A DNA stretch of 40,441 bases from a virus, in IMG/VR virus record IMGVR_UViG_3300040801_004386, positions 1 through 40,441 of that record, one strand, 5' to 3'. Made by a program: the position numbers and the translations under genes. Each line of letters begins with the position of its first letter. The first letter of the stretch is position 1. The notes beneath the pieces were generated by a model that saw nothing but the letters and a program-made list of their open reading frames with translations, was not told where the DNA came from and searched no databases. This document shows, in pieces, positions 7,697 through 17,818 of the stretch.

Positions 7697-9736
7697 TTAA
7701 ATTTCGGTAGTTGACGCATCTTTTGCCGCAGCAGCAATTCCAGCTTTTACTAAGTCACCAAATTGCCTTTTAAAGGCTGGATTATTCATTAATTTAAGTG
7801 ATTTTTCAAGTTCACCAAATAAGCCAAGTGTACCAAATCCAGTCCCGCCAAGACGTGCTAATAACTTTGTTCGACCACCTAACCCAAGACTCCACAATAA
7901 ACCACTAAATAAGGCGTTTCTTTTTGTTAAAAGCTTCATCTTCTCAAATAACTTTGATGAAACATCTTTTGCTTTTGACAAGCCACTCAAGTCATTAATC
8001 ATTGATTTTATTTGTGGGTTCCCTTTTGCAATAACCTTCTCAATCTTACTGGCGACTTTAGGTAGATCTTGTTTTAATGATTCAGATAATCCTTTTATCT
8101 TTGAAGCATCACTAATCTTATTTCTTATTTTCCAGAGATCTGAACTGTTCATTGGAATCTTATCTACTGCCTGTATATCTTCCATTAATGATGTTTTAAA
8201 TGGCGTTTTAGCCCCTTTATTGAGTCCTTGCCAGACTTCGCTTAAGTCATTTGACAGTGAATATGACCTAACAGGTTTTGCATCTTCAATAACTGAACTT
8301 ATCTTATTTGCTAGCCTATTTGCTTGGAATTGAGCCATACGATTAGTTGCAGCTGCTGTTCCTAAACTTACAGCTATTTTACCAATTTCTTGCACACTTT
8401 TTGGCGCACCAGACTTTTCTAAGGCTGCTGCTGCAGAATTTCCAGCAGTCGAAATAGCTCCAGCTGCTTTAGGAGATATTTTTAAGAAAGATTCTGCCGT
8501 TTGAAGCCATTTCGGAACTTTTGCTATTTTACCAGCAACCTTTCCTGCTGCTCCAACGGCTGCTCCAGGCCCTACAAGTTCTGCAGTTTCACGTGCAATA
8601 TTCCCTAAAACTTCTTCAGCCTTACTCTCAGGAATACGGCTTCCAAATAGTTTTTTTTGAACACTTTCAGTCGTTGGCAAGCCCAACGAGGTCCGTGGAA
8701 TCATTCCACCAGTTGCCAAGCTACCAAGACCGGTTATTCCTTCTACAAGGCTTCCAACACTTCCAAGTGCTCCACTTGCACCCTTGCTTAATATTCTACT
8801 TATTGGACCCCCTAAAAGATCAGTGTCCAAAATATCACTTAGTTTTTCTGTGTAACTAGGCTCTCGTTCTCCAAAAACTGGAGTTCCTTCCGGAAACTCT
8901 TCAAACTCTTCTTGCTGTATTTCGGGAGTTATTTCATTTTTTTCGATTGGTTCAACTTGGGGAGCAGATTGATACTGTTCATTCGATTCTTCTGTATTTT
9001 TTTTTTGCTGATATGATCTTAATTTCACTCGCTTATTAAGTTGAGAAGTAAAATCCTTAGGAATAAGGTTATTGCTTTCATTAAGGATATCATTTGTAGC
9101 ATCTTTTCTCATTAATGAAGAACTAAATGTTTGTTCCATTTCATTTAAACGCTTATTCATAGCTTTTGGCGACAATGTTATCGATGGAAGCCCAGCTCCC
9201 TTTATTCCTGTGATACCACTTAATTGCTCTGATAGCTCGTTATATTGTTGGATAGCGTCATTACCCCAAAGACGCCCCAAAGCTTTGCTCTTGCCAGTTG
9301 GTATAACCGAAACAAGATTCTTCATTTGTTGTATAATAGGCAATGCCTTTTCTGCTATTGTTGCTTCTTTCTGGATAGTATCGAGTTCAGGCTTGTATCG
9401 CCTCTCTAATGATCTTTGTTGCTCAGACTCCAACTTAGTTTGCCGCGCTTGAGCTTTTGATATTATTTGAGGTATAAGATCAGGCCGGTTCATTTGAAGG
9501 GCTAAAACAGCTGATTGTTTATCAGCATCACTTAAGCCTGAAAGTTGGCTTCCCTGTTGTACTCCTTCAGCACCAAATATATTTTGGATAGTAGGAGCCA
9601 ATGATTGTATTTTTTGATTCTCAAGCATCTGTTTTATTTTATAATTTGCTAGTTGTTGTGCGCCAGAGGCTATCCCAGTACCAAGGCCAGTTGCTAGCAT
9701 TTCTCCAATAGAGCGTTGTCGCGGTAAAAGTGCCAT
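7697..9736 (-). CDS. Internal virion / ejection-type protein (679 aa), coiled-coil with glycine-zipper hydrophobic segments
   Basis: Long ORF with SD. Position after the nozzle-like gene follows T7-like order. Gly/Ala-rich hydrophobic blocks and long helical Q/K/E-rich regions. Confidence 0.55.
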   Translation of the reverse strand: MALLPRQRSIGEMLATGLGTGIASGAQQLANYKIKQMLENQKIQSLAPTIQNIFGAEGVQQGSQLSGLSDADKQSAVLALQMNRPDLIPQIISKAQARQTKLESEQQRSLERRYKPELDTIQKEATIAEKALPIIQQMKNLVSVIPTGKSKALGRLWGNDAIQQYNELSEQLSGITGIKGAGLPSITLSPKAMNKRLNEMEQTFSSSLMRKDATNDILNESNNLIPKDFTSQLNKRVKLRSYQQKKNTEESNEQYQSAPQVEPIEKNEITPEIQQEEFEEFPEGTPVFGEREPSYTEKLSDILDTDLLGGPISRILSKGASGALGSVGSLVEGITGLGSLATGGMIPRTSLGLPTTESVQKKLFGSRIPESKAEEVLGNIARETAELVGPGAAVGAAGKVAGKIAKVPKWLQTAESFLKISPKAAGAISTAGNSAAAALEKSGAPKSVQEIGKIAVSLGTAAATNRMAQFQANRLANKISSVIEDAKPVRSYSLSNDLSEVWQGLNKGAKTPFKTSLMEDIQAVDKIPMNSSDLWKIRNKISDASKIKGLSESLKQDLPKVASKIEKVIAKGNPQIKSMINDLSGLSKAKDVSSKLFEKMKLLTKRNALFSGLLWSLGLGGRTKLLARLGGTGFGTLGLFGELEKSLKLMNNPAFKRQFGDLVKAGIAAAAKDASTTEI

Positions 9737-9745
9737 ATTATCTCC

Positions 9746-10363
9746 TTATCCAAGATACTTTGATAACAACAATGGAATTATACTGCCAGCTCCTTGTGCT
9801 AATCCAGCACCAAGCCCACCAAGCGTGCTTTGTTGCGGTTCAATAAACTGTGTTTGATATTGTGGCGTCAATCCTGCTTGCAAGAGAGCTAAAAGGCGTT
9901 GCTGATCCATGCCTTGTTGTTGCTGATTAAAGCCTTGCTCCATAGCAGCTAACTTTTGAGAAAGATTGGAGCCTGCAGAACCAAGTGCTTGTTCAAAAGC
10001 GCTTGATCTTTGAGATCCAGAACCAATGCCGGTAAAACGTTCAGCAATCCCAGGAACAATGTTTTGGTAAAAGTCTGAGAGAGCAGATTCTTTTATAGGA
10101 GCAAAGCTAGCTGATGGAAGATTTTGCAATCCTCCAAGACCCTGTGATAACAATTGAGCCAATGCATTTTGTTGCTGTGGATTAAACTGATTCATTCTAA
10201 GAGCAGTAGTTCCACCCGGAATCTCTTGTGTTTGATATCCTAGATTATTAGGCATTAATTGCGGGTTTTGTTGAGTTGTATTATTTCTTCTACCAGAAAG
10301 CCAACCACCTATTAAACTTCCAATTGCAGGAGCTCCTAATACAGCAAGCGTTATTGGGTCCAT
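9746..10363 (-). CDS. Internal virion protein (205 aa), N-terminal TM segment, Q/G-rich
   Basis: ORF with SD. Starts MDPITLAVLGAPAIGSLIGGWL, followed by Q/N/G-rich low-complexity sequence. Confidence 0.5.
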   Translation of the reverse strand: MDPITLAVLGAPAIGSLIGGWLSGRRNNTTQQNPQLMPNNLGYQTQEIPGGTTALRMNQFNPQQQNALAQLLSQGLGGLQNLPSASFAPIKESALSDFYQNIVPGIAERFTGIGSGSQRSSAFEQALGSAGSNLSQKLAAMEQGFNQQQQGMDQQRLLALLQAGLTPQYQTQFIEPQQSTLGGLGAGLAQGAGSIIPLLLSKYLG

Positions 10364-10453
10364 TGTTATTCTCCTTCAAAACGTTTTATTATGAGATCTC
10401 AGAATGTAGCATACGACAGGCGCAAACCAACGCCAACCATTTAGGAGGATTTA

Positions 10454-10981
10454 ATGGCAAATTATGCTGATGAACTCAATCCTGGTCAACTTTTAGGCAC
10501 TACTCAAATATACGATTTGAGTGGGTATAAGGGTGAGGATTTTAACGTTAGATTGCGGCAAAATTTTAACAATGTCTTACTTACTCTCAACACGAAAGAT
10601 TCAGGTTATTATTCACAAGAGGAGTTTGTAAATGGCCAATTATTTTATCCCGACTATAGTCGTGTCAATAGTGGCAACACTGCTCCACCTACTTTTCGAC
10701 AAATATACCGGAAGGTTATAGAAACAGGACAACTACCGGATGCTGGCACTACTAATACCGCACACGGCTTAAATGTTACAGGGAATTTTATATTCACAAG
10801 AATCTATGGATGTGCAAGTGATCAAACAGGCAACGTATACATTCCATTGCCATATTCTTCTGCAGCTGGAGCGACTAACATAGAATTGTCCGTTAGTGCT
10901 CTTACTGTCGACATTGTAACAGCATCAAATAGGACCGCTTTTACTAAATCCCACGTAGTGCTTGAGTACATCAAATTTTAG
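10454..10981 (+). CDS. Hypothetical 175-aa protein on the opposite strand inside the tail module (possible tail-tip/receptor-binding accessory)
   Basis: Excellent TAGGAGGA SD. Followed by a hairpin shared with the convergent gene. Confidence 0.65.
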   Translation: MANYADELNPGQLLGTTQIYDLSGYKGEDFNVRLRQNFNNVLLTLNTKDSGYYSQEEFVNGQLFYPDYSRVNSGNTAPPTFRQIYRKVIETGQLPDAGTTNTAHGLNVTGNFIFTRIYGCASDQTGNVYIPLPYSSAAGATNIELSVSALTVDIVTASNRTAFTKSHVVLEYIKF

Positions 10982-11024
10982 TTCAACCAAAAAAGGTGTG
11001 CAATTAAATTTTGTGATATATAAG

Positions 11025-11048
11025 CGCAGGAATAAATAAACCTGCGCC
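11025..11048. terminator. Hairpin between convergent genes (GCGCAGG-10 nt loop-CCTGCGC)
   Basis: Perfect 7-bp GC-rich stem seen directly, located between the 10981 and 11060 gene ends. Confidence 0.5.
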
Positions 11049-11059
11049 CGAAGAAGTAA

Positions 11060-13261
11060 TTATAATCGTTGTCCTGTTGAGCGTGCATAAAAAGTCATTG
11101 AATGCAAAACAAAATCTTGTTGAGCCATATCAGTATTAGTTAATTGTTCGTCATTTTGGGTCAATCCGATTTGAACACAATCACCCTCAGCTTGCAAATA
11201 AACGGGGTGAACAAGGCGTGTTTGATATGCCTCGAGAGGATATATCGTATCATACGGATATGTATCTAAATTATAAGTACCAAGAGCAATGCCATCATCA
11301 ACTGCATCAGCTCCGAGATCGTAATTACCAGTTGAAGAAAAGAAACTTGCAGTAAATACGTTGTCTTGCGTACTATCAACTTCAAAATCAACTTTTTCAA
11401 TAGCTATTTTTTGTGCATCACCATAAAAATTAAATTCTTTTGTTATGAGCTGAACTTGACTAACTCGGGCACATGTCCCTCCGCCAGTGTAAGTACCAGC
11501 GGGAAGCGTTCCATCATTAATCCAAATGTTGATCGTATCTTTATCAATAACGCTTTGAACAACTCCAATTTTATTATTAAGATCAGTCGTTCCATTAGTG
11601 TATTCTATCCAAACATACTCATCTTCTACTAAGTTATGATCAATAATTGTCAATTGAAGAACCGGACTGCTTGTAAAATCAATATTGGTTATTTGTAATG
11701 CAGGCGCATTTCTATGCTGCGTAGGATCAATAACAAACGTCCATCCCTCTTGATTGCCAGCAAGTACGTTTCTATATTTTAAATTTGTAATCCCAGATGC
11801 CCATGTACGACCTGTAGTTGCCCATGTACTTTTTGTTGAAGACCACGTAGCATCTGTTTCATTTTGATAGTATCCAAAAGCTGTTATTGAATCATCAGCA
11901 GTTGACCATGAATTATTAACATAGTTATAGACGAGTAGCTTATTCGGATATTTCGCCGTATCTTTAAGTTCATCACTAAACGACCAATATGCCATTTCTA
12001 AAAAAAAGTCTCTGACGCCAGCAACACGTTCAAACCCTGTACTCCCATTAGTAATCTGGAACACTTTATCAGGAATTTGATTATCGATACGCTTAACAAG
12101 AAGTCCATCACACGAATGAATACCAGTTTCTCCAAATCCAAGAACAACTTTATCAAACTGTATTGATGAAAATGTTGATTCTGCCCCAAGCTCATTATCA
12201 ATGTTTTGCCATATAAAAGGGAGAATCTGATTACCAGTATAAACAAGTTCCCAGGTACTATTTTCAAAATAAACAATGAGCCTATCTTTTAAAAGGCGCG
12301 CTGTAATTATTGCTTCTTTCGTAGGCGCATCTATCCATCCACCCAGACCGGGAATATCTTCATGCCACGCATTTGCCGCACTTGGATTGCCGTTTTGGCA
12401 CCAACGTGCTCTATTGGCAAAATTATAATACGTGCCTGCGCCATTTACTTCTTCTGTTGTGTTGAGCGCAATAAGACGATCTTTAAACGAAACAATTAAG
12501 CGGCAGGTCTGTAAGGTGTAAACACCGGCAGAACGTGTCGCAGGAGCGATTGTCGACCATGTTCCAGCGGCACCATCCCAATATTTGATCTGGTCAGGCT
12601 GGTTATTATTTACAACAAACAACCAGTAATCATCATTTGTTGTTCCTAGATAATTTGTTGCCCAAAAAAATTGACTATCAGACCCACTCCACACGTCTGT
12701 TAATAAGCCAAGATTATTCCAGCCACTACTTTCTCGCTTGTAAGCAAACACAGTGTCAAATGCATATGTTAATTCATCGCTGATATTTATTCGTTCATAC
12801 GTTACAATACCCATTACAGGTAGTGCAGGATAAAAGTAAACATCTTCAGCCGCAGGAGCTCCTACAAAATTATACGCACCTGTTGTCGTATCGTATGTTG
12901 CTATTGCCGTACCGTCTGTGATCAACATATTCGCAGGAGTTCCAGTTTGATAAACCGTATAAATAGAAGTACCAATAGAGAACATCTGGCCCACTGCTGG
13001 AGTAACTCCTGCTGGAACAGTACCAGCTGCTGCACCTGCAACCGTTGTATCAACTTTTACCCTTAAGCGAGAGTTAAGTTGTTGATATTCAACACCAGCC
13101 GTATTGTCAAATAACCTACTGCCAAAGCGTTTTTTTACGCGACCACGCCATACATAAGCATTATCTAAAAATTCAAAAGCATCTTCAGGTAACAACCATG
13201 GCTTAACGGCATTAATTCGACCAGATTTATATGGACCAATAAAAAACGCTTTTTTAGGCAT
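11060..13261 (-). CDS. Large tail protein, tail-tubular-B/nozzle-like (about 733 aa)
   Basis: ATG at 13261 follows the upstream stop and a TAGGTGA SD. Size and position match T7-like gp12. The N-terminus KPWLLPEDAFEFLDNAYVWRGRVKKRFG is reminiscent of that family. Assignment is by synteny and by eye only. Confidence 0.45.
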   Translation of the reverse strand: MPKKAFFIGPYKSGRINAVKPWLLPEDAFEFLDNAYVWRGRVKKRFGSRLFDNTAGVEYQQLNSRLRVKVDTTVAGAAAGTVPAGVTPAVGQMFSIGTSIYTVYQTGTPANMLITDGTAIATYDTTTGAYNFVGAPAAEDVYFYPALPVMGIVTYERINISDELTYAFDTVFAYKRESSGWNNLGLLTDVWSGSDSQFFWATNYLGTTNDDYWLFVVNNNQPDQIKYWDGAAGTWSTIAPATRSAGVYTLQTCRLIVSFKDRLIALNTTEEVNGAGTYYNFANRARWCQNGNPSAANAWHEDIPGLGGWIDAPTKEAIITARLLKDRLIVYFENSTWELVYTGNQILPFIWQNIDNELGAESTFSSIQFDKVVLGFGETGIHSCDGLLVKRIDNQIPDKVFQITNGSTGFERVAGVRDFFLEMAYWSFSDELKDTAKYPNKLLVYNYVNNSWSTADDSITAFGYYQNETDATWSSTKSTWATTGRTWASGITNLKYRNVLAGNQEGWTFVIDPTQHRNAPALQITNIDFTSSPVLQLTIIDHNLVEDEYVWIEYTNGTTDLNNKIGVVQSVIDKDTINIWINDGTLPAGTYTGGGTCARVSQVQLITKEFNFYGDAQKIAIEKVDFEVDSTQDNVFTASFFSSTGNYDLGADAVDDGIALGTYNLDTYPYDTIYPLEAYQTRLVHPVYLQAEGDCVQIGLTQNDEQLTNTDMAQQDFVLHSMTFYARSTGQRL

Positions 13262-13262
13262 A

Positions 13263-13856
13263 TTAATCACCTATTACTATATAATATACTGAAAAAGCTA
13301 CCAATGGAGCATTGTTACTTAATCGCTGTTCTGCATACCACGTAAAGTTCGCGGCAGTTAATGTCTGCAAAAAGCCATGGACATTATCGGCAGGCTGTTT
13401 AATTGTGGTAAGACTACATGAATAAACGTTATTAAATGCTGGAGCTCCCCCTGGGAAGTTATAAGTATGAGCTTGAGGATTCCCCAGATTGTGATTATCA
13501 ACGCCCCATTTCATTAAAATTCCTGATGGCAAACGCGTCCAACCTACAGCCGCAGCTTCACCAGCTGTTATTTCAATTACATCTCCATTGCTCTCACGCC
13601 TAAAGCAAAGCTCAGTTACTCCGGATGTTGCACCTTCTTTTGTGTAAATAGCACCTTCATTTACCGCTGTTGCGGCATCGGCACCCTGTTCAGGCATTTG
13701 CACAAATTTATGTTTTCCATGATTTGTGCCATCGGTAAAATCGACATGATTTATCTGCCATTCGCTATCTATAGTCGCAAAGTTTTGAAGAATTAACGGC
13801 TGTGAGTCGTTTATCTGGTCACTCGGCTGTGGAATATTGTTATTGTAACCTGGCAT
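13263..13856 (-). CDS. Tail-associated protein (197 aa) with short-fibre-like N- and C-terminal motifs
   Basis: NHVDFTDGTNHGKHKFV and WTRLPSGILMKWG...FPGGAPAFNNVY resemble small phage fibre/baseplate receptor-binding domains. Confidence 0.45.
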   Translation of the reverse strand: MPGYNNNIPQPSDQINDSQPLILQNFATIDSEWQINHVDFTDGTNHGKHKFVQMPEQGADAATAVNEGAIYTKEGATSGVTELCFRRESNGDVIEITAGEAAAVGWTRLPSGILMKWGVDNHNLGNPQAHTYNFPGGAPAFNNVYSCSLTTIKQPADNVHGFLQTLTAANFTWYAEQRLSNNAPLVAFSVYYIVIGD

Positions 13857-13864
13857 TTTTTCTC

Positions 13865-14836
13865 CTAATAATTATTCCAATTCCAACCGTTTGGATTTAG
13901 TCCGGCTTGTTGCGTATATATTGTAGCACTACGCTCATTTGATTGTTGAACAATGGTTCTACGTTGCACTAACAATTCTTGCTCTTTAAACATAGGCATT
14001 ATTGCTTGTGCTGATTCCATATCCATACGATCTTCAAATATTTTTTTCGCTGCACCGATGGCAATATATTGCCAGTGCTGCTCTAGCACTGGTTCATCTG
14101 GATTGTCTAACAATTCAGTAGGTCTAATATATGTTTCTATGCGGACTTGATACGGCTTATCAGGAACTGGCCTCAAGGTGAACTTATTATCAAAATAAAG
14201 AACAGCTTGAGGCCGAGCAGCTTGATAGCTTACAATTTGCGCTTCTACTTTTTCACCTGCGCCTGGAGCTGCATTAAACGTAATGTCATATTCGCCTGTG
14301 ACGTAATCAATTGTACTTGGAGCTCCGAAATCGCCATAAAGCGTGCCATCGCCATCTTCATCATAAATAGACATACCATCATTATTTGCGTCAATTGACT
14401 CAAATAAGACGTTGTATCGTAACAATGGCGTTGAACTTAACGTTCCAGTGAAGTTAGTCGTTGCAGCATCACCTACTCCAATATTCTGTGTCGCCTGTAA
14501 AGCAGGATATATATTAAAAAACTCGTCTCTGCTCTGGGTAAACAATACTCTATAACCAGCAACATATACAGGATCATGAGTTGTTATGACAGCATTTTTA
14601 AAATCATAAAGCGGGTCATCCGTATCTACAAGATTAGTTTCATATACATCTATATTTGGCTGTGTATAAAACGTTAACGTTTTTCTAAAGGTAAACAGCC
14701 TTAGCTGTTCTGGCATATCATACAAGAGAAAGTCATTTATATAATCAGTTAATGTTGCATCTGACAATTGTGCTTCAGAGGGCGAGCGTGTAATTCGTCT
14801 CACTTTAGTTTTTATATCTGCAAGTGTAGCAGGCAT
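13865..14836 (-). CDS. Head-tail adaptor / tail-tubular-A-like structural protein (323 aa)
   Basis: ORF with SD. Assigned from its position in the T7-like gene order; no motif proof. Confidence 0.4.
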   Translation of the reverse strand: MPATLADIKTKVRRITRSPSEAQLSDATLTDYINDFLLYDMPEQLRLFTFRKTLTFYTQPNIDVYETNLVDTDDPLYDFKNAVITTHDPVYVAGYRVLFTQSRDEFFNIYPALQATQNIGVGDAATTNFTGTLSSTPLLRYNVLFESIDANNDGMSIYDEDGDGTLYGDFGAPSTIDYVTGEYDITFNAAPGAGEKVEAQIVSYQAARPQAVLYFDNKFTLRPVPDKPYQVRIETYIRPTELLDNPDEPVLEQHWQYIAIGAAKKIFEDRMDMESAQAIMPMFKEQELLVQRRTIVQQSNERSATIYTQQAGLNPNGWNWNNY

Positions 14837-14848
14837 ATCTCACCTTTC

Positions 14849-15202
14849 TTACGTAACATTTTTTACAGCCAGATTGTATGAGTCGGAGATGTTTCCTATG
14901 GGAATACATAAAGCAGTTTGACGATAATCAGCAGGAGAAGCGGGGGCTAAAAAGGAATCGTAGGTCGTAGTGTCAATTTCTACGCTAAATGTATCATTTG
15001 TTAAAGCAGTGACTGGGCCGTACATTCCATTTATCTGAAACATACCGTAATAGTTTGGCACATAAATCCTAATAATCAAACCTGTCCTGTAATCATGATC
15101 AATATTGGTAGTGATTACAGCATTTTTTGCTTTTGATATTCCCGTTACCAATCTCATCGCTGGCTGGTAAATAGGATCAGGATTTGCATACCAAGCACAC
15201 AT
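14849..15202 (-). CDS. Small structural protein (117 aa) consisting of one ~55-aa beta-barrel module
   Basis: AVITTNIDHDYRTGLIIRIYVPNYYGMFQINGMYGPVTALTNDTFSVEIDTTTYDSF is a module that recurs in neighbouring structural proteins. Confidence 0.55.
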   Translation of the reverse strand: MCAWYANPDPIYQPAMRLVTGISKAKNAVITTNIDHDYRTGLIIRIYVPNYYGMFQINGMYGPVTALTNDTFSVEIDTTTYDSFLAPASPADYRQTALCIPIGNISDSYNLAVKNVT

Positions 15203-15204
15203 AA

Positions 15205-15660
15205 CTATCCAATCACTGGCTTATTCTCAATTACTACTTCTTCTATTGCTGACTCTTCAAGTCCTTCGATATCAATAAACTCTAAACTCTGAAAACTACA
15301 TCTATGGACTTTCCGCCCTACATTTATAGATGGCTTTCCGTTTTCATCTTGTTGATATGCATGAACTGGATACCAGCAATTCTTATTTAAATGTTTAGCA
15401 ACTCCTAAAGGCAAAGTATATACTTGGCCATCAACTAAATCGTATCGTTCGACTGGGTCTTTCTTATAAGCTCTAAATACAAAAGACATAGTCCCACCTG
15501 GAACTTCGTGGAATCTAAAAATTCCTTTTACAAGTTCACGATCTTTATCTCTTTGTCGAACGAGTGCCTTTTTAATTTTATCTTTGTCAGGGCAATGTCT
15601 TTTACCGATACCAACAAGAGGACGAGCTGGTGATATACCTTGATTATTTTTTAACGACAT
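15205..15660 (-). CDS. Hypothetical head-module protein (151 aa from the ATG at 15660)
   Basis: GGAGAG SD upstream of ATG 15660; the track ORF extends to 15696 via an alternative start. Confidence 0.55.
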   Translation of the reverse strand: MSLKNNQGISPARPLVGIGKRHCPDKDKIKKALVRQRDKDRELVKGIFRFHEVPGGTMSFVFRAYKKDPVERYDLVDGQVYTLPLGVAKHLNKNCWYPVHAYQQDENGKPSINVGRKVHRCSFQSLEFIDIEGLEESAIEEVVIENKPVIG

Positions 15661-15718
15661 ATAATCTCTCCATGCAAAAAGGAGAAGCCGAACCAAGATA
15701 GTCCGGCTCTCCCATTAA

Positions 15719-16702
15719 TTAACCTTCTTGAAGATCACTGAATGACTTACCAGCAACCCAATACATAACATCATTGTTAGCACCACCTGGGCTTGCAACA
15801 CCAGTTGGAAGACGCATGCCAATGTATGCAGTATTTCGGGTAGCATCAGCCAATAGATCAACAGCGCCTGTAATTGCTGTTCCAGTGTCAATACCAATAG
15901 GAACTACCGTTGGTATTGTGAATGGGACATCTCCAGGCAATGCAAATGAAAAGGCTGTGAACGCTGTAGAATCAATGTTTGTGGTAATAGTAGATGCAGT
16001 CACTGCAGTCACTATTCCCTCAACACCATTGATCTCTATCATGTCAAAATTAGGATCTGGAAGATTTACACGTATCTTCTGACCAACCGTGAATCCATGC
16101 TGAACAGATGTCGTAATAACAGCATTTGCTGCTTGTGTAATATTTACGATATACCTGAAACGTGGATAAAAGATTGGATCATAAGGAATATGTCGATAAA
16201 ATCCAGCTGTGCCTGCTGCGCCAGCGGCATTTGCCATTGCATAACGCATATCAAACGATGTATTAGTTACAATATTATCAACTTCAAAATCCCAACCACC
16301 AAGTGATGTTGCACCAGTTACCGAATTCAATCGAACAATCGAACCAGTTTGAAGTGCACCAGTATTAGCAGTTGCAATTGTTGGCGTAACAGCATTTGTC
16401 GCACCAGTAATAGCAACTTCAGCATTGGGAGATGTATCAGATGAATCTACATAAAAGAATCCTGTTCCTGCTGCAAGAGCATTAACAGCAACAGTCTGAT
16501 CAGCTGCTGGATGATACCAATAGAGACCTGTCCCATTGGTCATCCCACGCTGCCAGTAATACTCAAATCCATCATTATTAGTAGCACCATCAGCCGCAGA
16601 ATAGTTATATACACGCATCCAATCAACACCTGATCGAAGAACAACGTATTTATCAGTTCCATCAGCTGTAAAAGTACCTTGCTGTATTATAGTTCTATCC
16701 AT
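15719..16702 (-). CDS. Abundant-looking virion protein (327 aa) immediately after the capsid gene; two copies of the beta-barrel module (decoration/auxiliary capsid protein candidate)
   Basis: Strong SD. Position directly downstream of the MCP gene. Modules: IVRLNSVTGATSLGGWDFEVDNIV and AVITTSVQHGFTVGQKIRVNLPDPNFDMIEINGVEGIVTAVTASTITTNIDSTAF. Confidence 0.5.
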   Translation of the reverse strand: MDRTIIQQGTFTADGTDKYVVLRSGVDWMRVYNYSAADGATNNDGFEYYWQRGMTNGTGLYWYHPAADQTVAVNALAAGTGFFYVDSSDTSPNAEVAITGATNAVTPTIATANTGALQTGSIVRLNSVTGATSLGGWDFEVDNIVTNTSFDMRYAMANAAGAAGTAGFYRHIPYDPIFYPRFRYIVNITQAANAVITTSVQHGFTVGQKIRVNLPDPNFDMIEINGVEGIVTAVTASTITTNIDSTAFTAFSFALPGDVPFTIPTVVPIGIDTGTAITGAVDLLADATRNTAYIGMRLPTGVASPGGANNDVMYWVAGKSFSDLQEG

Positions 16703-16720
16703 GAGTATATCTCCTTTCTA

Positions 16721-17668
16721 TTATGCGAGTGTTGCACGCAAGTTGATTACCCAAAGGTCATTGGTAATTCTAGGTACTTCAGCAAATTTATATCCCACCG
16801 AGCAGTTTAATGCCAATGGGCTATCATATACTGGAGGACGATAAATAAATTGACTACTATAATTATCCTGCTCGATACATGCATATGCTTCCATACCAAC
16901 ACAGAAGATATTATAAACATCATCACCGAATGCAGATCCTGCAGTTGACTTTGATCCAGCGCTTGACAGTAAGAATCGAAGATTCTGTATACTTCCCCAC
17001 TCAGATCTAAGCGTGTTCATAGGGGATGGATATGCATTTTTATGAATAAATCCGTCAGTATTATTAAGATCTCCACTCATGTCTGTATGGCATAAAGCGA
17101 AGTATGCATCACGGATTGGAGCTGTTCCGAACTTATCTTCACCCTCAATGTTATCCATAATGGTATAAGCATTGTTTCCAAGAAGAGTTCTCACAACAAC
17201 CGATATATCATCAGGAGTGATTTCTGTAGGATTGTCACCGTTAACTCCGCCAACACAGTTAATCTGTGCTGCGGTTCCCGCCAACATATTACGCGTCAGT
17301 TCATCCTCTGTCTGACGAAGCGATACACCCAAACGGGCAGCTGCCTCATTCAAAGCAGGGTCTTGATTTTGCAGGGTTACCTGTTCGTTCAATATTATAT
17401 ATTGGCCATAGTGATTCATCTTTGCATCGATATCAACTGCACTTAGTGTAGTTGCAGGTGGTGTGACACCTGTATTACCTAAAGGAACAGTTGCTGATGG
17501 CAATGGATTATATCTACGCATACGCAGTGTTGTTCCACCATTTCTTGGCATCTGCATTTTCATAGCAGGTATTTTATGTATAAATTGTGGCGTTGGAACA
17601 CTTAGAAGCTTATAAGAAAAACTCTGTTGCACTGGCGCAGGCAGGAGAGTTGTCGTAGTAATAGGCAT
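16721..17668 (-). CDS. Major capsid protein (315 aa), N4-gp56-like family
   Basis: AGGAG SD. Follows the scaffold gene. LRMRRYNPLPSATVPLGNTGVTPP...HYGQYIILNEQV resembles the N4-gp56-type capsid N-terminal signature. Confidence 0.7.
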   Translation of the reverse strand: MPITTTTLLPAPVQQSFSYKLLSVPTPQFIHKIPAMKMQMPRNGGTTLRMRRYNPLPSATVPLGNTGVTPPATTLSAVDIDAKMNHYGQYIILNEQVTLQNQDPALNEAAARLGVSLRQTEDELTRNMLAGTAAQINCVGGVNGDNPTEITPDDISVVVRTLLGNNAYTIMDNIEGEDKFGTAPIRDAYFALCHTDMSGDLNNTDGFIHKNAYPSPMNTLRSEWGSIQNLRFLLSSAGSKSTAGSAFGDDVYNIFCVGMEAYACIEQDNYSSQFIYRPPVYDSPLALNCSVGYKFAEVPRITNDLWVINLRATLA

Positions 17669-17707
17669 AATAACTCCTATCTGTAACCGAAATTAAACAA
17701 CTATCTC

Positions 17708-17784
17708 GGGTTGGCGATTCCCATACAGCCTTGGGTTGGCGATGCCCGTACAGCCAGGAGTGGGTGAGCGATTCCCATACAGCT
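17708..17784 (-). repeat. Three tandem 23-bp direct repeats (GGGTTGGCGATTCCCATACAGCC and variants) in the capsid gene leader
   Basis: Copies at 17708-17730, 17733-17755 and 17762-17784, with 2-4 mismatches. Located between a promoter-like element and the MCP start. Confidence 0.85.
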
Positions 17785-17818
17785 CAGTTATGTTCTACCA
17801 AAATTAAAAACAAAAGTT

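Noticed and set aside
17708-17784. Tandem repeats, and the 30551-30839 iterons, as a possible CRISPR array
   Set aside because: There are only three 23-bp copies with 2-6-nt spacers (or 6-nt iterons), no spacer-sized unique sequences and no cas genes.
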